A DNA stretch of 64,000 bases. It comes from Macrostomum lignano (Eukaryota). Below the pieces are notes generated by a model, which was not told where the DNA came from, searched no databases, and saw only the letters and a program-made list of their open reading frames with translations. Location: the NCBI GenBank assembly GCA_002269645.1, contig NIVC01002111.1, forward strand, positions 1-64,000. The letters are read 5' to 3'. Made by a program: the position numbers and the translations under genes. Positions within the stretch are counted from its first letter, which is position 1; each line of letters starts with the position of its first letter. Shown in pieces: positions 58,891 through 64,000 of this stretch.

Positions 58891-60044
58891 TGTTTCTCAA
58901 TGGTGGCTTCTAGCCGAAACAATTCCCAGTCTAAAGAGAGAAGAAGCGGAAAAGCTCAAACACAACGTTGTTTTATGTTTCACTTTGCAAACGGTACAAA
59001 ATCTAGCTACCTATTTGACCAATGGGTGAGGCCGCGTGTATCAGAGGTCGGGCTCGAATCTCAGATAGATAAAAAAATAACAATCGATAAAGAGCAGCTC
59101 TAGCGGCTCTACAAGCGGGGAGGGTCGGTCAAAATGACACGCGCTGCTTGCACTCGCACTTTGCACTCGGCCAGATCGTGACAAGCCCGCGAGCAAGAAC
59201 ACTCGCGCCAAAGTTAGGCGTAGTATAGGGTTTTCGTGAGCTAAGTGAGACACTTCTTTCCAGCAATCTGAAATAGATACGCATGTCTATGGTCAAAACC
59301 GTACGGTCTATGGCAGTGACAGACTCTTTTTTAACTAAAGGGAAATGAGTTCAGCGCATGGGGCCCGTGCTAAAGAATACTCTTAACTCCTAAATCCTTA
59401 AGCGTGTCCTAACTCCTAGCTCCTAGATTAAGGTTTGTCGCGTGCTATTGAATAAGGAGTGGGGAGTAGGAGCTAGGAGTTGCCGTTTTCAAGAGTAGAT
59501 TTTTGGAGCGCGTGTCCTATAGAAGGAGCGAATTACATTTCTAGCTCCCAAATCCTAGTTAAGATTTCAAGGGATAAATTTTACTCTTAGGTTGATAGGA
59601 GTGTCATTGCTTACAGGATATGGCACAAGTACAGTGGAACCGGCCACATGTATGAAATACCTCGTTGCTGACAGAAGGCTGGCTCACAAAAGCTGCATGG
59701 ACGCTGGACGATCGATCATATTGTGGAGCGAACTCCGTACGTCACATCCGGCTACAAAAAAACTGCCTCAAAAGCTGGGTCATTTCTGAACCTAAAACAG
59801 CACGGGACGTTGAGCCTCATGCTAATTTCTCTGAAAATGGCTACCAGAGACGTACATTAGGGCTTGCTGGTGAATGCCCGAAATGTGATGGAAGCCAGGG
59901 GCGGCAGAATTTTATTCACTGACAGGACTGCCGACAACCTATGGACAGGAAAACACCTAACTTGCCTATGTCTCACTTAGATTGCAGTGCAAAATACAAT
60001 ACTAGTAGAAAACCTGATACTAAAAGAATAATAATCTTAGTGGG

Positions 60045-60345
60045 CGCCCTGCCTCTAGGTAGTCTCTTGGTTGTCACCCCTGCCTCTTGATGGGCCCCCT
60101 GTCTCTTGGTGGGCGCCCCTGCCTCTTGATGGGCACCCCTGTCTCTTGGTGGGCGCCCCTGTCTCTTGATGGGCGCCCCTGTCTTTTGGTGGGCGCCCCT
60201 GTCTCTTGATGGGCACCCCTGTCTCTTGGAGGGCGCCACTGTCTCTTGATGGGCGCCCCTGTCTCTTGGTGGGCGCCCCTGTCTCTTGGCGGGCGCCCCT
60301 GTCTCTTGGCGGGCGCCCCTGTCTCTTGGCGGGCGCCCCTGTCTC
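60045..60345. repeat. 20-bp minisatellite (GGGCGCCCCTGTCTCTTGRT)
   Basis: About 14 units; a short related array recurs at 63265-63345. Confidence 0.92.
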
Positions 60346-60825
60346 ACTAAAAGTAAAATAAAGTGGTAAAACTCTGCCTTCAAATGAAAAATTCTGGCTT
60401 TGTTTGATGCTGAGATATTAGAAAAGGATAATAATAATTATTATTCTACACAATTAAGCTAGGCTTGCAGATTATGTTTATTAAATACTAAACATTGTCG
60501 CCATAGGAGCAGAGTGAAGTATTTTGCAACATTTCAAAGCCAGCTTAAGTTGCAATAGGAGTACATGAATGAAATAAAGTACTTTTTCAAGGAAAACATG
60601 CTGTCTGTTAAAAGTGCACTGGAAACAAGGAAACTTGTACAACTAGGAGTGCAAGACAAAACTGATTCAGCTGAAGAAACAAATAAAAAGAAAAAAAACA
60701 GAAAGAAACAGAAAATAACAGCATCAAAAGTCGTCAAGGAAAAGCAATTTAATTACAAATTTATAGCAAATTATTTGAAATAAACCTGAAGAATTTGCCA
60801 AACGCAAAACTCCTCAAAGCCCGCA

Positions 60826-61937
60826 TCAGTCGCCGTAAGGCAGAAACACTGAAAGCAAATACCGTTTCCATAGCAACAGCTCCAAAGTGATGTTCTTCTC
60901 TCCTGGCCAGCCTGTCGAGGGTGCCGGCAAGCGGACGAACTCAACGAACGGATGCCGGCCAAGAGCTCGAATGGCCTGACACGTCATGGTGGGCTTCGAG
61001 CACCCGGTGCTGGTGTGAGGCTGATAGTGGCACTGCCGCATCACGTCGGATTTGTACTGCCGCCTGAGAAAGCGCAGAGGCCGCCTTGGGAGGGCAGCAG
61101 CAGACCCGGGCCGAAAGGCCTCCAGCTGAGCGGATAGACATCCTCAATAGAAAATACCCTGGGCTGTTCCAGTCGGATAAACCAGCGACCGGAGTTTCGG
61201 ATTAGAAACAGGTCGACAGCAAGTAGGCAGGACTTGGTGCCGTTCACCAAGTCGCACCGGATCCCGAGCTTCCAGTGCATGTTCAGCGCCTCGGTGTCTA
61301 GAAATAAATACGTCGAGCTTTTAGAAAGCTCCTCGAGTAGGTAGCGAACCTGCGACTTTTGATCCACTCTGATGCCGAAGTCGAAATCGTCGTCCCACGG
61401 CACCAGGCCGAAGTGCCGCACCGAGCCGATCAAGCTACCATCAAGTAGGAAAAGTTCCAAGCCCCTACTGGTGAAATTGGAGAACAGGTGGCCCAGCTGC
61501 CTGTACACCTCGGCCATGTCTCTTGAGTTGGCGAAATGCCTGAAGCAGTTGGAATCATTCAAAATTCTGTTGACAGTTATTGGCGCAACAGCGTTGGCGC
61601 ACGACTCTGACGTCAGATTGGCCAGGTCGACTGGCGTTTCCAGCGTAGCGTAGAAGCCCGGCTTGATTGGCAGCTGTCTGCGCACTTCAGCCTGATCTGC
61701 GGTCACCTCTGCTAGACGATCCAGCAGGTTACTATGGTAACAAGCGTCGCTGACGGTTGGCTCTATCAGTTTCGAATCGCTGTCAATGCCCCACAGCGAG
61801 CTGCCCAGTAGCTGGGGATCGCCATTGCAGCATTGGTGAAATTGGCTGAACAAGTACAGGCTCAGGAGCATTACCACGGCAACGGCTATCACTGTTCCTG
61901 GCCGAAGGAGACCCTTTGACAGGGTTGAAAGTAACAT
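60826..61937 (-). CDS. LicD/fukutin-FKRP family phosphotransferase, type II membrane protein, intronless, ~370 aa with one frameshift
   Basis: ATG at 61937, N-terminal hydrophobic anchor (VIAVAVVMLLSLYLF), LicD motif DGSLIGSVRHFGLVPWDDDFDF, VDLF, DVYPL..RPFG. A missing C in the run at 61088-61090 links to PRRPLRFLRRQY..C..HPFV (ORF 60826-61044), the expected C-terminal part. Confidence 0.78.
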
Positions 61938-62225
61938 CGCGTATATTTGTAGCACCTGTAGCAAGGTCCTCGAGGTGAGGGCGATGATCTGTGAAGAGAG
62001 AGCAATATACTGTTCAAACATCAATGACCAGAGAGCTTTCGACAATATGTAACTTATTAAAGCGTCAATAGTAAAGTTCAGATAAGTTTCAAATCGCAAA
62101 GGCTGGCATTGTAAAGAACTTTTACCCGGACACAATGACGAGTTAAAAGGGCAATTATTACGCCATTCAGCGACTCCACCGGCAGATTTTTCTAATTGAT
62201 AAGAGCAGGCACACTGATATTATTT

Positions 62226-62977
62226 TATAGCTTTTTGCAGCCCATTTGGGCTTACGCGCATTGAATTTAATCCAAGATATGTTTGTCAAAGTAATGGAGC
62301 TTTTGTCTATGGTAGCAAGGCTGGCGCAGCGGCATTTAATTTGGTCCAACAAGCATCAATTTGGTCCATTTAGTTCATTTTCAGCTCAGTCCCAGAATTG
62401 TGGACCATATGCTAGGCTGTTGAACGAATGTCCTTGGCTTGTGATCGAAGCACTCGACGGAGGTGAACATCCAAAGGACATTGCAAGGTTGCTGAATGTA
62501 AAAGAAAAGGTGGTTTACAGCATCCAGCAGCGCGTTGAAACTCTGCCGGCAGAGATTGCCTGCGAAAGGGTGGCAATCGCCAAGGAAAGTTGCTCGAGAG
62601 CCTCAGGTCCAACTGCTACTCGATGCAGTGGAGACGAACCCTTTGTTGACGTTGCAGAAAATGCAGCAGAAGTTGAGGGACACAGCTCCAGTTGGTTATC
62701 AGATTTCGACTATCAGCAGAGCTCTGGAAAAGCAACTGAAAACTTTTGGTAGAGACGCTGACATTCCAGTGGTGCGCAACAACCTGCAGACGGTTGAGAG
62801 AAGGCAAGAGTTTGTCCAATGGCTCACGAGTGTTTGGACCAAATGGATGCTTGTTGGACCAAATTAAATGCCGCTGTGCCAGCCTTGCTACCATAGACAA
62901 AAGCTCTGTTACATTGGCAAATGTATCTTGGATTAAATTAAATGCGCGTAAGCCCAAATGGGCTGCAAAATGCTATA
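62226..62977 (+). mobile_element. Internally deleted Tc1/mariner (IS630-like) transposon with ~140-bp TIRs
   Basis: 62226-62368 and 62835-62977 are inverted copies (TATAGC..TTTTGCAGCCCATTTGGGCTTACGCGCA...), with TA at both ends. Interior encodes frameshifted HTH pieces (IEALDGGEHPKDIARLLNV; LLDAVETNPLLTLQKMQQKL..ISTISRAL) and no DDE domain. Confidence 0.8.
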
Positions 62978-64000
62978 TTAAACTAATTAAAAGTTGACTA
63001 AGTTATACACTCGCCTACTATCTTATCTGATTTTCGATTCAACTATCCACGCGTAATCAATGTACATCATACTCTCTGCCCAAGTGACCAATCAGTTCAC
63101 CCACCCCATCTCTCGTCCAATCAAATCAAATTCAAGTGGGAAATAATGGCCGCTTAAGAGTACGTTAAAATGACTTGAAAAGTGTATTAAATTGGCCATA
63201 AAAGTGTGTTAAATTGACGGTGTGCTTACCATTGCTCAATGTTACTGTTCAGTTCATGTTCTTGGTGGACGCCCCTGTCTGTTGATGGGTGCCCCTGTCT
63301 CTTGGTTGGCGCCATGTCTCTTTGTTGGCGCCCTGTCTCTTGATGGGAAAACGGTAGCTTTGGCCATTCTTACTCCTTCTATGCCTTGTATAGTCTATCC
63401 TTGGTATTTGACTTGCTATGGGCAAACTAGGTCGCAGTTTTGGCAAAATTGAATGCCAGTTTTCGGAGAGAAGTCTATGACTCAAGCTGGGGTCGAATAG
63501 GCCTAAGCTCAGTTACATGACTGAGCTTCATTTTTATGATTTTTTTCCTTTGTGATTCCATAAATGCATCGGCAATTTAATGACTAAAAAGACAATCAAA
63601 TAAAAAATGTCACAGCATAAATTCTGGCTACGCAACTTGATTTCTAAAATTAGTGATTTTTAACGAAATCTTCCAATCAATTTGCTTTATTGTGTGTATT
63701 GTCTATGGTCAAGTGCAGTTCTGTAGCAGTAGACTGTTGTTGCAGCGAAATAGGGATTATCAAATTGACTGGCTATTTTATCAACATGACTGAAACAAAC
63801 AATAGTCTATGTCCAAGACCCTAGGTCTGTGGTATATGGCAACTACAAGCGTAGTTTAGTCTATGGTCTATTACCTTGATTCTTGGTGTATGACGTTGGT
63901 CATTGAACGAACTAATGTTGTAGATCATTCGGTCTTTGACCTAAACTTTTGCCTGTACATGTATTACGCTCGTTATTTACATAGTTCGGCTGCATGTATA

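Overview
Eukaryotic (metazoan) genomic DNA with GC-rich exons separated by introns that mostly carry their own minisatellite. This style and the gene content suggest a free-living flatworm such as Macrostomum (inference, not proven). Six protein-coding genes could be assembled by hand from GT-AG/GC-AG sites and family motifs: CFAP43/WDR96 (+, 22 core exons, first exon not found), PDCD6/ALG-2 (-), PSMD5/S5b (+), a DLK/LZK-like MAP3K (+), an SLC20/PiT phosphate transporter (-) and an intronless LicD/fukutin-family gene (-). Mobile elements: a 1-kb solo LTR with a 4-bp TSD, a hAT-Charlie-type MITE, a Mutator-type MITE with a 9-bp TSD, two inverted CORE-SINEs, an internally deleted Tc1/mariner element and a small TG..CA insert. 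Most long ORFs in the supplied track are artefacts of tandem repeats. The most unusual signals are: (1) about 11 symmetric phase-0 micro-exons plus one 240-nt exon in one CFAP43 intron, encoding ~220 extra residues or a nested gene; (2) tandem arrays built from MEF2+CRE composites, also present in the LTR, and DR4 nuclear-receptor-type repeats around the DLK-like kinase; (3) an inverted SINE pair bracketing two transporter exons; (4) a DLK-like kinase with HGD and a polyQ insert in the activation segment; (5) sharply bounded CpG deserts. All coordinates were read by eye and should be confirmed computationally.
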